Shown here in pieces: positions 1 to 8,865 of a stretch of 40,830 nucleotides of DNA. Both the position numbers and the translations under genes were made by a program. Location: the sequence record SRR20825006_2320. One strand, written 5' to 3'. The notes below the pieces were generated by a model. The model searched no databases and was not told the DNA's origin. It saw nothing but the letters and a program-made list of their open reading frames with translations. Within the stretch, counting starts at the first letter, position 1, and every line of letters begins with the position of its first letter.

Positions 1-503
1 TTCGAGGAATTGAACATCATCCCCATGAAGGTGATCGTCGACAACGGCGGGCGCAGGCGTTTGAGGTTGTCCCCCAAGGCGCTGGTGTCATAGGGTGTTG
101 CTGTCAGCGAACGACCCACGTCGGCCCCACCCGGCGCATCCGGGTGATAGTCGGGATAAAGCGAGGGGCTGAATTTGACCTCGGTTTCGCGTTCGAAAAA
201 CGCAAGCATTTCGGCACCGGTGTCGAGATAGGCATTCACCGCGCTTTCATCATAAAAATTTCCGGTCTCGTGTTTCATATATTCGCGCGCCTGTGCGATG
301 TCGTCCGGCGGGCAATTGGGATTGCCGGGTATCCAAACAACGCCACCGGAAAAGGCGGTTGTCCCACCAAAGACCGGGGCTTTTTCGATAATGATGACAT
401 CAAGCCCCTGTTTGGCGGCGGTGATGGCGGTGGCCATCCCACCGGCCCCCGACCCGATGACAAGTACATCGCATTCCGTGCCATCCCTGAGACGCGTTTG
501 CAT
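1..503 (-). CDS. FAD-dependent oxidoreductase (FAD_binding_2 / 3-ketosteroid dehydrogenase-like), 3' end runs off the window
   Basis: Not in the ORF track; translated by hand from ATG 503 (GGAGGAG RBS upstream): MQTRLRDGTECDVLVIGSGAGGMATAITAAKQGLDVIIIEKAPVFGGTTAFSGGVVWIPGN... GxGxxG FAD motif and GGTT..SGG signature; colinear with the 11079..12773 paralog. Confidence 0.88.
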   Translation of the reverse strand, partial: MQTRLRDGTECDVLVIGSGAGGMATAITAAKQGLDVIIIEKAPVFGGTTAFSGGVVWIPGNPNCPPDDIAQAREYMKHETGNFYDESAVNAYLDTGAEMLAFFERETEVKFSPSLYPDYHPDAPGGADVGRSLTATPYDTSALGDNLKRLRPPLSTITFMGMMFNSS

Positions 504-580
504 GATTTCTCCTCCTTTTGTGCGGCGCGGATCAGCCGCCTCCCATGGTTGAGATATGGCAAATGCCCTGTGTCACGCGA

Positions 581-614
581 ATGGACGGACGCCGATATTC
601 ATTGCACTATTCAC
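581..614 (-). promoter_or_regulatory. Putative AraC tandem half-site operator upstream of the flavoprotein gene
   Basis: Minus strand GTGAATA-GTGCAA-N15-GTCCAT; the same 21-bp-period motif recurs at three other promoters of the cluster. Confidence 0.6.
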
Positions 615-661
615 AGGTGCTCCCGGGGGAGGAACTGGGAGCAAAGAGGAGGATACACCCC

Positions 662-1567
662 ATGCTGATCTCAGCAGAGCAACCGATTCCGCGCTACTAT
701 CTCTACGGAGATACCCTTGCGGAGGTGGAGCTTGACTTCATTCACGTTGAACCGATCCGCGATCGGTCCGGCGCCAATGATTGGACAATTCGCGCCCATG
801 CGCATCCAGATCACGTCCAGCTTTTGTTCGTGGAGCGCGGCGGTGGCGAGATCCAGATCGAAGCCCGGACCTATGCAATCCCCGTGCCTGCAATGGTGGT
901 CATCCCAGTGGCAATGGTGCATGAAATCCGGTTTTTGCCGGGCACGGATGGCTTTGTGATCACTGCCGCCTGCACCTACGCCAAGGCAACGACCCAAGGC
1001 GACGCGCGCTTTGCCGACGCTTTGGAGCATCCCGCGGCCTATGCCCTGATTGAGGGTGACCCAAATTGCGGCACCTTGCGCGAGAGTTTTGAGTGGATGC
1101 GGCGCGAATATACGTGGAATGCGCCGGGGCGGCGCTTGGCGATCAAGGCGCAGTTCGAGCGTATTCTCGTGGCGCTGATGCGGTTGCGGCTTGAGGTTGG
1201 GGCAGAGGAAACCCAGCGCGTGGACCGCGATTATGACCTCCTGTGCCGATACCGCGAAATCTTGGAGACCCATTTCAAATCCGAAAAGGGGCTTGAATTT
1301 TATGCTTCCAAACTGGGCGTTTCCATCCAAAGGCTCAATCTGGCCTGCAAGGCACGGGTGGGCAAAACCGCCTCACAGCTTTTGCATGAACGGGTGGTGA
1401 TCGAGGCCAAGCGGTGTTTGATCTATATGACGATGACCGTGGCCGAGGTGGGATATGATCTTGGGTTCGAAGACCCGGCCTATTTTTCGCGCTTCTTTTC
1501 GCAACGTGTGGGTCAACCGCCCGGCGCCTATCGCGAGACCTATCAAACAGAGCGGCAAAAGGCGTGA
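662..1567 (+). CDS. AraC-family transcriptional regulator with N-terminal cupin domain (PobR/HpaA-like)
   Basis: Cupin HAHPDHVQLL; C-terminal VAEVGYDLGFEDPAYFSRFF AraC signature; AGGAGGA RBS before ATG 662 (track start 518 is over-extended). Confidence 0.92.
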   Translation: MLISAEQPIPRYYLYGDTLAEVELDFIHVEPIRDRSGANDWTIRAHAHPDHVQLLFVERGGGEIQIEARTYAIPVPAMVVIPVAMVHEIRFLPGTDGFVITAACTYAKATTQGDARFADALEHPAAYALIEGDPNCGTLRESFEWMRREYTWNAPGRRLAIKAQFERILVALMRLRLEVGAEETQRVDRDYDLLCRYREILETHFKSEKGLEFYASKLGVSIQRLNLACKARVGKTASQLLHERVVIEAKRCLIYMTMTVAEVGYDLGFEDPAYFSRFFSQRVGQPPGAYRETYQTERQKA

Positions 1568-1597
1568 ATCGTCCAAGTCAAACCGCGCTCTCTACAT
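1564..1597 (+). promoter_or_regulatory. Putative AraC operator upstream of the NIPSNAP gene
   Basis: GTGAATC-GTCCAA-N15-CTACAT, with AATTGT (-10-like) 22 nt downstream. Confidence 0.55.
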
Positions 1598-1648
1598 GTT
1601 TTCCCGGTGCCAGCCGTGGAATTGTCCAAGCGCAATGTGGAGGATGAT

Positions 1649-2215
1649 ATGATTTACGAATTGCGGGTCTATGACCTCAAACCCGGAACCGGGTCAGAGT
1701 ATCTGGCGCTGTTGATGCGCACGGGGATGAAGGCGCTGACCTCTCATTTGCCGATGGCGGGATATTGGTTGACCGACACTGGCGCGCTCAACCGGCTCTA
1801 CCATTTGTGGATTTACGAAAGCCTTGAGGAACGCGCCGCAGCGCGGGTTGGGTTTGCGGCGAACCGTGACTGGATCGAGGGGTTCGTGCCATATGGTTTT
1901 CCGCTCATCGTCGCGCAGCGCAATATGATGATGACCCGGATTGAGGGAAGTGTTGCCTTGGACGCGGCGGAGGCGGGACGCAAAACCCAGCACCCGAATG
2001 ACACGATCGGCCCGCTGTTTGCGCCGGGTCTTCAAAGTCTGACCTTTGGCAAAGAGGTGCAAAGCGATGAGCCCTTGGTCGCTCGCTGGCGGGTGATGTC
2101 CGGTGAAACTCCGGGCGAGACCGTCACGCTGTGGGGTGGCGATCCGATGGCCACATCACAAGGCGCGACGCGCCACGAAATCCTGCGTCCGATTGCGGTT
2201 TCTCCGCTGCGTTAA
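1649..2215 (+). CDS. NIPSNAP family protein
   Basis: MIYELRVYDLKPG...G.LNRLYHLWIYESLEERAAAR pattern; GGAGG RBS before ATG 1649. Confidence 0.88.
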   Translation: MIYELRVYDLKPGTGSEYLALLMRTGMKALTSHLPMAGYWLTDTGALNRLYHLWIYESLEERAAARVGFAANRDWIEGFVPYGFPLIVAQRNMMMTRIEGSVALDAAEAGRKTQHPNDTIGPLFAPGLQSLTFGKEVQSDEPLVARWRVMSGETPGETVTLWGGDPMATSQGATRHEILRPIAVSPLR

Positions 2216-2226
2216 AGATCATCGCG

Positions 2227-2988
2227 CTAAAGATCCTCTGCGGCCCCATAGGCCATCCAACCGGCATCGACCGAAAGCACGGTGCCAGTGATGGCAGAGG
2301 CGGCATCGGAGGCGAGAAAGGCAATGGCTTCGCCAATTTCAGACGGGTCGATCATCCTCCCCAATGGGGTCCGTCTGAGGATCTTGTCTTTGGCCAAAAG
2401 CCCATCCCGGATCAGCCCGCGCACAAGATCGGTGGCGACATAGCCGGGGGCCACCGCGTTGACACGAATGCCTTGACGGCCCCATTCGGCGGCCATGGAT
2501 TTTGTCATCGCCACAAGCCCTGCCTTGGCCGCGCCATAGGCATTGCGCCGGGGCAGGCCGGTGAGGGCGGCGATGGAGGCGAGGTTGACAATCGCCCCGC
2601 CACGCCCGCTGCCGATCATGCCGCGTGCAACCTCGCGGCTCATCAAAAAGCTGCCCGCAAGATGGATATCGAGCAAACGCCGGACATGGGCGAGGGTTTG
2701 ATCGACTGTCGGCGTATTGACGTCGCCAAGACCTGCGTTGTTGACCAAAATGTCGACCGGGCCAATCTCATTCAAGGTCGAGATCACCGCCCGCTCGTCG
2801 GTCACATCGACCGCAAGGCCAAGATGATCCGCCCCCAATTCGCCTGCGCGGTGCTGGGCCAGATCGCCGTTTAGATCAAGCAGGGCCACACGGGCACCCC
2901 GCGCGGCGAAAAGGTTGGCAGTGGCCCAGCCGATGCCTGCGGCCCCGCCGGTGATGACAACTGTTTTGCCTTTGAAGTTCATCTGCAT
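2227..2988 (-). CDS. Short-chain dehydrogenase/reductase (SDR)
   Basis: TGGAAGIG, NNAG, YGAAK (YxxxK), IRVNAVAPG motifs. Confidence 0.95.
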   Translation of the reverse strand: MQMNFKGKTVVITGGAAGIGWATANLFAARGARVALLDLNGDLAQHRAGELGADHLGLAVDVTDERAVISTLNEIGPVDILVNNAGLGDVNTPTVDQTLAHVRRLLDIHLAGSFLMSREVARGMIGSGRGGAIVNLASIAALTGLPRRNAYGAAKAGLVAMTKSMAAEWGRQGIRVNAVAPGYVATDLVRGLIRDGLLAKDKILRRTPLGRMIDPSEIGEAIAFLASDAASAITGTVLSVDAGWMAYGAAEDL

Positions 2989-3038
2989 GCCTCCCCTATG
3001 CGACTGCGATACGTTGAGGGAATTTGACGGGTGGCGCG

Positions 3039-3103
3039 ATGCACGAGGCGTGAAAAATCTTGGATATTTACGAAAGGTTTAAGGCTCTTAGGGAAATGTC
3101 CAT
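3039..3103. promoter_or_regulatory. Back-to-back putative AraC operators for the two divergent SDR genes
   Basis: Minus: ATCCAA(3065-3060)-N15-GTGCAT(3044-3039); plus: GTTTAA(3077)-N15-GTCCAT(3098-3103). Confidence 0.55.
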
Positions 3104-3161
3104 TGTTGCCCCTTATGGGGTTTGAAATTCTGTCCTCCAACGCGCGACAGGGAGGACGATC

Positions 3162-3935
3162 ATGCGGATTATGTTGACAGGTGGAAGCGAGGGCATTGGG
3201 GGTGCGACATTGCGCCAGATGGCACGAGAGGCACAGGCTGCGGGCCGCCCTGCAAAAATTGTGACAACCGCATCGGGGCGCAATCCCGTCCCCGCGGCAT
3301 TGATTGCCGATCTTGAACGCTACGGGGCCGAGGTCTTGTTTTTGACGGGAGATTTGGGAGACGCCGAGGTTGCGCGCGATATCGCGGCAAAGGCGCTTGG
3401 GTTTCTGGGCGGGCTGGATGTGTTTGTCTCAAACGCCGGGGCCGGCAAGCCCGCGCCCTTGGCCGAGCAATCGCTTGAGGAATGGGACCGCATGTTCAAT
3501 CTCAATGTGCGCTCAACCTTCGTTCTGGCACAGGCGTTTTATCCCGCGCTCAAGGCGTCCAAGGGCACGATTGTTGTCGTCGCGTCGATGTCGGGGATGC
3601 AAGCGCATCTGGGTCAGGCGGCCTACGCACCTGCCAAGGCTGCGGTGATTTCACTGGTGGAAAATCTGGCGATGGAATGGGCGTCCGATGGCATTCGGGT
3701 CAATGCGGTGGCCCCGGGGATGATCCGCACGCCTCTGACGGCGGCAATCTATGCCAAGGAAGGGTTGGAGCAAGCCCGCGCGCAAAGAGTGCCTTTGGGC
3801 CGGGTGGGGCGGCCTGAAGACATCGCCGCCATCGTCGCCTTTTTGGCCGGGGACGGTGCCGCCTATGTCACGGGCCAGACCCTTTTGGCCGATGGCGGCG
3901 TGTCGGCGACAGGGCTGAACAACCTGCCGAGCTGA
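3162..3935 (+). CDS. Short-chain dehydrogenase/reductase (SDR)
   Basis: TGGSEGIG, SNAG, YAPAK, IRVNAVAPG motifs; GGAGG RBS. Confidence 0.95.
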   Translation: MRIMLTGGSEGIGGATLRQMAREAQAAGRPAKIVTTASGRNPVPAALIADLERYGAEVLFLTGDLGDAEVARDIAAKALGFLGGLDVFVSNAGAGKPAPLAEQSLEEWDRMFNLNVRSTFVLAQAFYPALKASKGTIVVVASMSGMQAHLGQAAYAPAKAAVISLVENLAMEWASDGIRVNAVAPGMIRTPLTAAIYAKEGLEQARAQRVPLGRVGRPEDIAAIVAFLAGDGAAYVTGQTLLADGGVSATGLNNLPS

Positions 3936-3939
3936 TCGG

Positions 3940-5826
3940 TCAGCGCAACGGCATACCTTTTGGGCGCAGGCGCCGTTTTTGGGCGGCAATACGGAACGGC
4001 GCGTTCGGCGCGCCAAATCCCATGTAGCTTCCACGTTGAAGGATTTCAAAGAACAACCCACCGGCGAAACTGCCGGAATAGAGCTGAAAGAACTCGCCTT
4101 TCTCATCGCGATCATAGAGTACATGTGCGGCTTTCATTTTCTCAAGAAGACCCGGCGGGAAATCGAATCGTGCGGCGAGATCGTCGTAATAGTTGGGGGA
4201 AATCGGCAAGGGCGCAAAACCGCGCCCTGCCAATTTTGCGGCGGTGTCAAAAATATCAGCCGTTGCCAGCGCGATGTGTTGCACCGAAGCGCCAAAGGTG
4301 TCGGCCAGAAACTGTCCCGCCAAAGTGCGATGCGTGTCCGCGCCGTTGAGGGTGATGCGAAACGCCCCATCGCGGGTTTCGATCACTTGCGAGCGCACCA
4401 ACCCGTCAGGGTCGATCACATCGACCATCGGGCTTTTCTCGACATCAAAAATGGCGGTGTAGAACAGGGTCCAACTCAGCATATCCTCATAGCTCATCGT
4501 CTGGGCGATATGGTCGATATGCATCAGACCGACCCCGGTCAAATCGGGTGCATCTGCGGCCTTGAATTCCACCTCCCAGACCCGATCCAGACCTGTCTCT
4601 TTGTCGATGAAATGCATCACAGAGCCGCCAAGGCCCCGGATCGCCGGAATGTCCAATTCGCCAATGTCGAGGTCTTGGGAAAAACTCTGTGCCCCCGTGG
4701 CTGTGGCGCGGGTGATCACGTCCTGTGCGGAGTTGACCAGAATGCCAAGATCGCAAACGGTCGTGCCCCGCGCGTTGTAAGCATGGGCGGCGTGGCCGTC
4801 GGTTTCCTCATTGATGACAAGGCGGATGTCGCCCTGTTGCCACAGCGTGACGGCTTTGTTGCGATGGGTGGCGGCGCGGGCAAACCCGAGGGTTTTGAGC
4901 AGTTCGCCCAGGGTTTCGGCCTCTTTGCCGCGGGTGGCAAATTCGACGAAGGACACGCCTTCGGGCTTGACGCGTTGGGGTAGGGTGGGCAGGTCGAGTT
5001 TGAGGCCCGGTTCGGCGCGATGCACATCATCCATCAAGGCGATGAGGGAGCGATACCCATCATTGGCCACTTGTTTGGTGTTGGAGCCACGGAAATGGTC
5101 GTTGAAAATCTCCAACGAAATCGGCCCCGTATATCCCGCCGCCATGACGGCGCGGGTGAATCCCGTCACATCAAGATCGCCCTCGCCGGGCATGTTACGG
5201 AAATGGCGCGACCAATAGAGCAGGTCCATGTCGATCATCGGCGCATCGGCCATTTGGACGAAAAAGATTTTGTCGCCGGGGATCGAGCGGATGCTGTCGG
5301 GCGCGGTTTTGCGCGCCAGTGTGTGAAAACTGTCGAGGATGATGCCGATGTTCGGGTGATCCGCCCGGCGCACGATTTCCCAAGCGTCGCGGTGATCGTT
5401 CACATGTTTGCCCCAACACAGCGCCTCATAGCCCACACGCAGACCGCGTTTTGCGGCCCGATCGCCCAGCTCGCGAAAATCGGCTGTGGCACGGTCAATC
5501 CCGCCCAAAGCCTGTGGATGGCACGACGAACAGACCAACACCAAATCGGTGCCAAGTTCCTGCATGAGATCGAATTTGCGCTCGGCCCGGTCAAAGGCCT
5601 TGGCGCGCAGGGGTTCGGGCAGACCTTCGAAATCGCGGAAGGGTTGGAACAGGGAAATTTCCAACCCGTGATCGCGGATCATATTGCCCACATCACGCGG
5701 GCTGCCGTCAAAGGCGATGAAGTCTTGCTCGAAAATCTCGATCCCATCAAACCCGGCCGCCGCAATGGCGTCGAGTTTTTCGCGCAGATCGCCGGAAACA
5801 GAAACGGTCGCAATCGAGGTTTTCAT
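3940..5826 (-). CDS. quiC: QuiC1-like 3-dehydroshikimate dehydratase (sugar-phosphate-isomerase TIM barrel fused to a 4-hydroxyphenylpyruvate dioxygenase-like domain)
   Basis: MKTSIATVSVSG..., YEALCWG, LDSFH, SRHFRNMPGEG, LEIFND N-domain; HPPD-like C-domain (IDHIAQ, VQHIAL, FFEILQR, GFGAPNA); adjacent to a shikimate dehydrogenase. Confidence 0.85.
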   Translation of the reverse strand: MKTSIATVSVSGDLREKLDAIAAAGFDGIEIFEQDFIAFDGSPRDVGNMIRDHGLEISLFQPFRDFEGLPEPLRAKAFDRAERKFDLMQELGTDLVLVCSSCHPQALGGIDRATADFRELGDRAAKRGLRVGYEALCWGKHVNDHRDAWEIVRRADHPNIGIILDSFHTLARKTAPDSIRSIPGDKIFFVQMADAPMIDMDLLYWSRHFRNMPGEGDLDVTGFTRAVMAAGYTGPISLEIFNDHFRGSNTKQVANDGYRSLIALMDDVHRAEPGLKLDLPTLPQRVKPEGVSFVEFATRGKEAETLGELLKTLGFARAATHRNKAVTLWQQGDIRLVINEETDGHAAHAYNARGTTVCDLGILVNSAQDVITRATATGAQSFSQDLDIGELDIPAIRGLGGSVMHFIDKETGLDRVWEVEFKAADAPDLTGVGLMHIDHIAQTMSYEDMLSWTLFYTAIFDVEKSPMVDVIDPDGLVRSQVIETRDGAFRITLNGADTHRTLAGQFLADTFGASVQHIALATADIFDTAAKLAGRGFAPLPISPNYYDDLAARFDFPPGLLEKMKAAHVLYDRDEKGEFFQLYSGSFAGGLFFEILQRGSYMGFGAPNAPFRIAAQKRRLRPKGMPLR

Positions 5827-5855
5827 GGCAGGCTCCTTGGACAGCTTAAGTGAGC

Positions 5856-6689
5856 TTAGGACAAAAGATCTTGGCGCAGGCGGTCTTGGTCAAGCGGCAG
5901 GTTGGTGAACAGGCCCCAAGCGTGAACGCCTTGGAAAAAGAACAATTCCCAGCCCGAGATGATGTCGAGACCTTGGGCCGCGGCATCGGTCAAAAATTCG
6001 GTCTCGACGGGTGTGTAAACCGCGTCAAAGGCCCATTCTGCCCCCTCCATCGCCGTGGCGGGCAGGGGGGTTCCCTCTTTGCCAACCATACCAACGGGTG
6101 TGCAATTGATCAAACCGGCGGCACCCTTGGCGGCCTCTGCGGCGCTGTCAAAGACCGTGACCGTGGTGTCGGGCGCGGCGTTGCGCAGATCGGCGGCAAG
6201 GGTCTCGGCTTTGGCGCGGTCCATATCGACCAGACGGATTTCAGCCGCACCAAGGGCAATGAGGCCAAAGGCCACAGCGCGGCCCACACCGCCAGTGCCG
6301 ATCATCAGCGTGACGCCCGTTGAGGCCTCGCCGCGCTCGCGTGTATAGGCGGCGACAAAGCCGGAATAGTCGGTGTTAAAGCCTTTGGTGTGGCCGTTCT
6401 CGAAAATAGCGGTGTTGACCGCGCCGATCGCCCGCACCAGAGGATCATCAATCTCGACCTTGGCCACCACTTTTTCCTTGTAAGGGTAAGTCACATTGGT
6501 GCCGCGATAGCCCTTGGCCGCCAGCCCTGCGAAAATCGTGTCCCAGCTTGCACCGATGTCATGCGGGACAAGGCGGTCATAGCGGACATGCTTGCCGTTT
6601 TGTGCGCCGCAGAGCTCATGCAGACGCGGGGAGCGGGAGGCGGCGATATTGTCGCCGATCAGGCCGAGGAGAATGTCGGGAGCACTCAT
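5856..6689 (-). CDS. Shikimate/quinate dehydrogenase family protein (AroE-like)
   Basis: SRSP, NVTYPYK, GAVNT, NTDYSGF, GTGGVGRA, INCTPVGM, DAVYTP motifs. Confidence 0.93.
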   Translation of the reverse strand: MSAPDILLGLIGDNIAASRSPRLHELCGAQNGKHVRYDRLVPHDIGASWDTIFAGLAAKGYRGTNVTYPYKEKVVAKVEIDDPLVRAIGAVNTAIFENGHTKGFNTDYSGFVAAYTRERGEASTGVTLMIGTGGVGRAVAFGLIALGAAEIRLVDMDRAKAETLAADLRNAAPDTTVTVFDSAAEAAKGAAGLINCTPVGMVGKEGTPLPATAMEGAEWAFDAVYTPVETEFLTDAAAQGLDIISGWELFFFQGVHAWGLFTNLPLDQDRLRQDLLS

Positions 6690-8191
6690 TTTGAAGCGGT
6701 CTCTTTCTTGCGGAATTTGGTCCAGAGCGGGGTTTGCGACGCAAAGATCAGGATCACGGCGATAAACAGCACGAGCGACAGCGGGCTGGTCACGATGCCA
6801 TGGAAAAACCGGCCAAGGTCTTCGCGTTCAGAAATGATGGCGCGCCGCCAATTGTCATCCAAAAGGCGCGACAGGATCACACCGAGGATCACGGGACCAA
6901 GCGGATAGCCATAATGGCGCATGAAATAGCCAAAGACGCCAAAGCCAAGCATCCAATAGACATCGGTGATCGAATTGTTCACCGCATAGGCCCCGACGAT
7001 GGACAAGAGCAGGATCAGCGGGATCAACACAGCGCGCGGCATTTCGACGATTTTGGTGAACAGTTTGATGCCGGTGAGGCCAAACAGCAGCATAAAGAAG
7101 TTGGCCATGACCAAAGCGCCGACAATGAACCAGAACATATCGGGTTGCTCGACCATCAACATCGGGCCGGGGTTCAGCCCGTGAATGAACAGCGCGCCGA
7201 TCATGATCGCGGTCACCGCGTCGCCCGGAATGCCCAGCGTCATCATCGGGATAAAGGCCCCGCCCACGGCAGCATTGTTGGCGGTTTCCGGTGCCACAAG
7301 GCCCTCAATCGCGCCTTCGCCAAAGGGACGGGACGGGTTTTTGGTGACGCGTTTGGCGTGATCATAGGCCATCAACGCCGCGATATCGCCGCCGGTGCCG
7401 GGGAGGGCGCCGATCAGAACGCCGATGGTCGAGGTCTGAAGCGACAGCGGCAAGTGTTTGCGGATCGTGCCAAAGGAGGGAACGATGCGGTTGATTTTCT
7501 GACGGATCGCGGGGGTATCGACGTGGTGGAGTTGCATGAGAGCTTCGGAGACGCCAAACATGCCGATCATCACGGCGATAAAGTTGATGCCGCCACGCAT
7601 CAACGGGATGTCAAAGGTGAAGCGTTCGGTAAAGGTCAACGGGTCCATGCCGACTGTGCCAATGGCAATCCCAAGAGCGCCCGCAAAAATACCTTTGACC
7701 AACGACCCAGAGGACAAAGAACCGACAAGCAGGATGCCGAGAACGGCCAAGAGCATATAGTCACGCGGTTGGAATTTAAGCGCGAAATCCGAGACGACCG
7801 GGGCCAGAACGGCCAGCACAACGATCCCGACCAGACCGCCGAAAAACGACATGACGGTGGTGGTGCCGATGGCTTCACCGGCTTCGCCGCGTTGCGCCAT
7901 GGGGTAACCGTCCATCGCGGTGGCGATGGCAGAGGGCGCGCCGGGGATGTTCAAGAGGATCGCCGTGCGCGAGCCACCGTACACGCCGCCCATATAGATG
8001 CCGATCATCAGCGAAATCGCGGGCAAAACATCCCAGGAGAAGGTGAAGGAAATAAGGATCGACACGGCCATGGTCACAGACAGGCCGGGGATCGCGCCGA
8101 CGTAAACGCCCGCAAATGTGCCCACGCCGACAAGTAACAACAATTCAGGATGGGTGAAAATCGTCAGAAATGCCATGAACGCGTCCATCAT
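6686..8191 (-). CDS. tctA: Tripartite tricarboxylate transporter large permease TctA
   Basis: GAIPGL, YGGS..AILLNIPG, APETANNAA, LGIPGDAVTA motifs; ~500 aa, hydrophobic. Confidence 0.93.
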   Translation of the reverse strand: MMDAFMAFLTIFTHPELLLLVGVGTFAGVYVGAIPGLSVTMAVSILISFTFSWDVLPAISLMIGIYMGGVYGGSRTAILLNIPGAPSAIATAMDGYPMAQRGEAGEAIGTTTVMSFFGGLVGIVVLAVLAPVVSDFALKFQPRDYMLLAVLGILLVGSLSSGSLVKGIFAGALGIAIGTVGMDPLTFTERFTFDIPLMRGGINFIAVMIGMFGVSEALMQLHHVDTPAIRQKINRIVPSFGTIRKHLPLSLQTSTIGVLIGALPGTGGDIAALMAYDHAKRVTKNPSRPFGEGAIEGLVAPETANNAAVGGAFIPMMTLGIPGDAVTAIMIGALFIHGLNPGPMLMVEQPDMFWFIVGALVMANFFMLLFGLTGIKLFTKIVEMPRAVLIPLILLLSIVGAYAVNNSITDVYWMLGFGVFGYFMRHYGYPLGPVILGVILSRLLDDNWRRAIISEREDLGRFFHGIVTSPLSLVLFIAVILIFASQTPLWTKFRKKETASK

Positions 8192-8760
8192 GCACCTCCT
8201 TTAAAAAGATTGCGCAACAGCTGAAGGGCCTCAGCCTCGGGAACGATGCCAGCGGGCATCAAGACAGTGAACACGATGCGGAACACCAGATAGATCGCGA
8301 GCAGGCTGCCCAGCGAGACGAGCAGGGTGAAACCCCAACTGCGTTTGGAGAGAAGTTTGATCGACGCAATCAGGAAAAGCGCGGATGTTGGCAAAAATCC
8401 AAGTGGTTTCAAGAGGAGGCCATAGGCGACGAGAAACAGGGCAAGGATAATAACGAGCGGGGGTGTGATGTCTTCCATCACGGTTTCGTCTTCTGTTTTC
8501 GACAGATTCACAGTGCGCCAAAAGACAATCGCCACGCTGATCAGCATCACGGCCGCTGTGGCCATGGGGACAGATCCCGCGCCGGACAGCGCCTCAAACC
8601 CGGAGATTCCATAGGCGTTCCACAGCAGGACACCGCTGAAGATCACGAGACATGCAGTAAAGACAAGCTCGCCAGGGCGACGTTTGTCGACGATGCCACC
8701 AGGGGTAGCGTCCGATGAGCCGTCCCGCGTCGAGTCATGGTGATGAACGTGATCTTGCAT
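8188..8760 (-). CDS. tctB: Tripartite tricarboxylate transporter small permease TctB
   Basis: Several TM segments, LGFL motif, position between tctC and tctA, GGAGAG RBS. Confidence 0.85.
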   Translation of the reverse strand: MQDHVHHHDSTRDGSSDATPGGIVDKRRPGELVFTACLVIFSGVLLWNAYGISGFEALSGAGSVPMATAAVMLISVAIVFWRTVNLSKTEDETVMEDITPPLVIILALFLVAYGLLLKPLGFLPTSALFLIASIKLLSKRSWGFTLLVSLGSLLAIYLVFRIVFTVLMPAGIVPEAEALQLLRNLFKGGA

Positions 8761-8795
8761 CTCTCCTCCAAGAGTTTGTCTGCTGTGAATTGAAA

Positions 8796-8822
8796 CACCG
8801 CCCCTTACCGGAAAGGGCGGTG
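8796..8822 (-). terminator. Stem-loop after tctC (terminator or mRNA stabiliser)
   Basis: Minus strand CACCGCCCTTT-CCGGT-AAGGGGCGGTG (11-bp stem, one G-U) followed by TTTC. Confidence 0.6.
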
Positions 8823-8865
8823 CCAGTGTTCGGCCAAAGCCGAACGCGTTTTGGACGTCTGGTGC

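Noticed and set aside
6734-8137. Long plus-strand ORF (467 aa) and similar ones at 3979..4983, 8851..9927, 17561..18736 and 37207..38499
   Set aside because: Antisense shadows of well-supported genes, as expected in high-GC DNA; no recognisable motifs.
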